A DNA stretch of 63,154 nt, filler included, from Chiloscyllium plagiosum (lineage: Eukaryota), in assembly GCF_004010195.1 (NCBI RefSeq). It is 5 parts of one record of this genome, joined end to end, with 100 filler letters (N's around TTAATTAATTAA, not from the genome) between each part and the next. Parts side by side here need not be neighbours in the genome. Positions count along the whole stretch, not along the records: positions 60,570 to 63,154 come from NC_057716.1; 4 more parts are not named here. One strand, written 5' to 3'. Shown here piece after piece: positions 62,168 through 63,154 of this stretch. The translations under genes and the position numbers were made by a program. The notes below the pieces were generated by a model. The model had not been told where the DNA came from and searched no databases. It was given only the letters and a program-made list of their open reading frames with translations. Each line of letters starts with the position of its first letter. Position 1 is the first letter of the stretch.

Positions 62168-62630
62168 GCAGTGCGAGCTGGGCGGAAGTGAGATTGGAGC
62201 GCAGAGCTGGTGGGGAAGGTAAGTGATTGATATATAAAGAACTTACCTTGAAGCCAACGGTCTTTTTAGTTTACAAGTGAAGCTGATTGTCTTGTCAACT
62301 ATCACTGAGAAAAGTCCTCTACCTGCCAACAACAGCAGAGAGCAGTGCGAGCTGGGCGGAAGTGAGATTGGAGCGCAGAGCTGGTCGGGAAGGTAAGTGA
62401 TTGATATATAAAGAACTTACCTTGAAGCCAACGGTCTTTTCACGGCAGAGAGCAGCGCGAGCTGGGCGGAAGTGAGGTTGGAGCGCAGAGCTGATCGGGA
62501 AGGTAAGTGATTGATATATAAAGAACTTACCTCGACGCCAACGGTCTTTTCACAGCAGAGAGCGGCGTGAGCTGGGCAGAAGTGAGGTTGGAGCGCAGAG
62601 CTGGTCGGGAAGGGAAGTGATTGATATTTG
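62168..62630 (+). repeat. Tandem ~110-bp monomers forming a CR1 5' UTR
   Basis: Units start at 62168, 62341, 62451 and 62561. Each has GGGC(G)GAAGTG; the first three have AAGGTAAGT...TATATAAA...ACTTACCT. Confidence 0.9.
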
Positions 62631-63154
62631 AGTGGGTGTGTTCTAGACCCCAGGCCCTAATATAGTAGGGCCTCCCTCCCATCTTCCTCCTCTAACCTAA
62701 TTTTAAAGTCCACAGGTAAGCTACTCAGTGTTCTTGTTTTCGGAGACGATGTGTAGAGTAATGGCAGCGCAGGCAGTGGAATGTTCCTCCTGCAGGATGT
62801 TCGAGGTAGGGGTGACCACCGATACTCCTGCCGACTTCATCTGTAGGAAATGCAGTCAGATCCTGCTCCTCACAGAATGAGTGAGGGAACTGGAACTGGG
62901 GTTGGATGAACTGAGGATTATTCGAGAGGCTGAGAGGGTGATAGATAGAAGCTACAGGGACATAGCTACGCCAGAGAACAGACGTAGCTAGGTAACAGTT
63001 AGAGGTGGGAAGGGGAGGCAGTGCAGGGATCCCCTGTGGTCGTTCCCCTAAACATTAAGTATACCGCTTTGGATACTGTTGGGGGGTACGGCCTAGCAGG
63101 GGTAAGCTGCAGTGACCGGGTCTGTGGCGCGAGGTCTGGCTCTGAGACTCAGAA
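62168..63154 (+). mobile_element. Full 5' end of a CR1 LINE (ORF1 from 62761), runs off the window
   Basis: MAAQAVECSSCRMFEV...FICRKCSQILLLTE*VRELELGLDELRIIRE...VPLNIKYTALDTV. Confidence 0.92.

Noticed and set aside
62168..62630. CRISPR-like array
   Set aside because: Units repeat in full with no unique spacers, the context is eukaryotic, and they lead into CR1 ORF1.

Overview
Repeat-dense, apparently gene-free vertebrate genomic DNA. It is almost certainly elasmobranch (shark), inferred from HE1-type V-SINEs, SacSINE1/Deu-type SINEs and abundant shark-type CR1 LINEs. I could not identify any host protein-coding exon. The most informative feature is a decayed epsilon-like (fish/amphibian-type) endogenous retrovirus at ~312-6881. 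It retains a gag zinc knuckle, an amber read-through codon, protease, a CNPase-like 2H-phosphoesterase domain, RNase H, integrase, a gamma-type env, a PPT and a 3' LTR. The entire reverse transcriptase is deleted. The window also carries many Penelope-derived inserts with minimal hammerhead-ribozyme motifs (at least four stem-II families), one RT+GIY-YIG Penelope copy, and Harbinger, Tigger-like, Gypsy and Rex1/Babar fossils. Two CR1 5' ends are unusual: one directly follows a tRNA-Gly-like sequence with a TCA anticodon, and the other has 110-bp monomers that each hide a perfect 5' splice site in a hairpin. Two local inverted templated-insertion scars are present. All translations and alignments were done by eye; no database searches were run. 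Several N-gaps with a TTAATTAATTAA scaffolding linker break elements.
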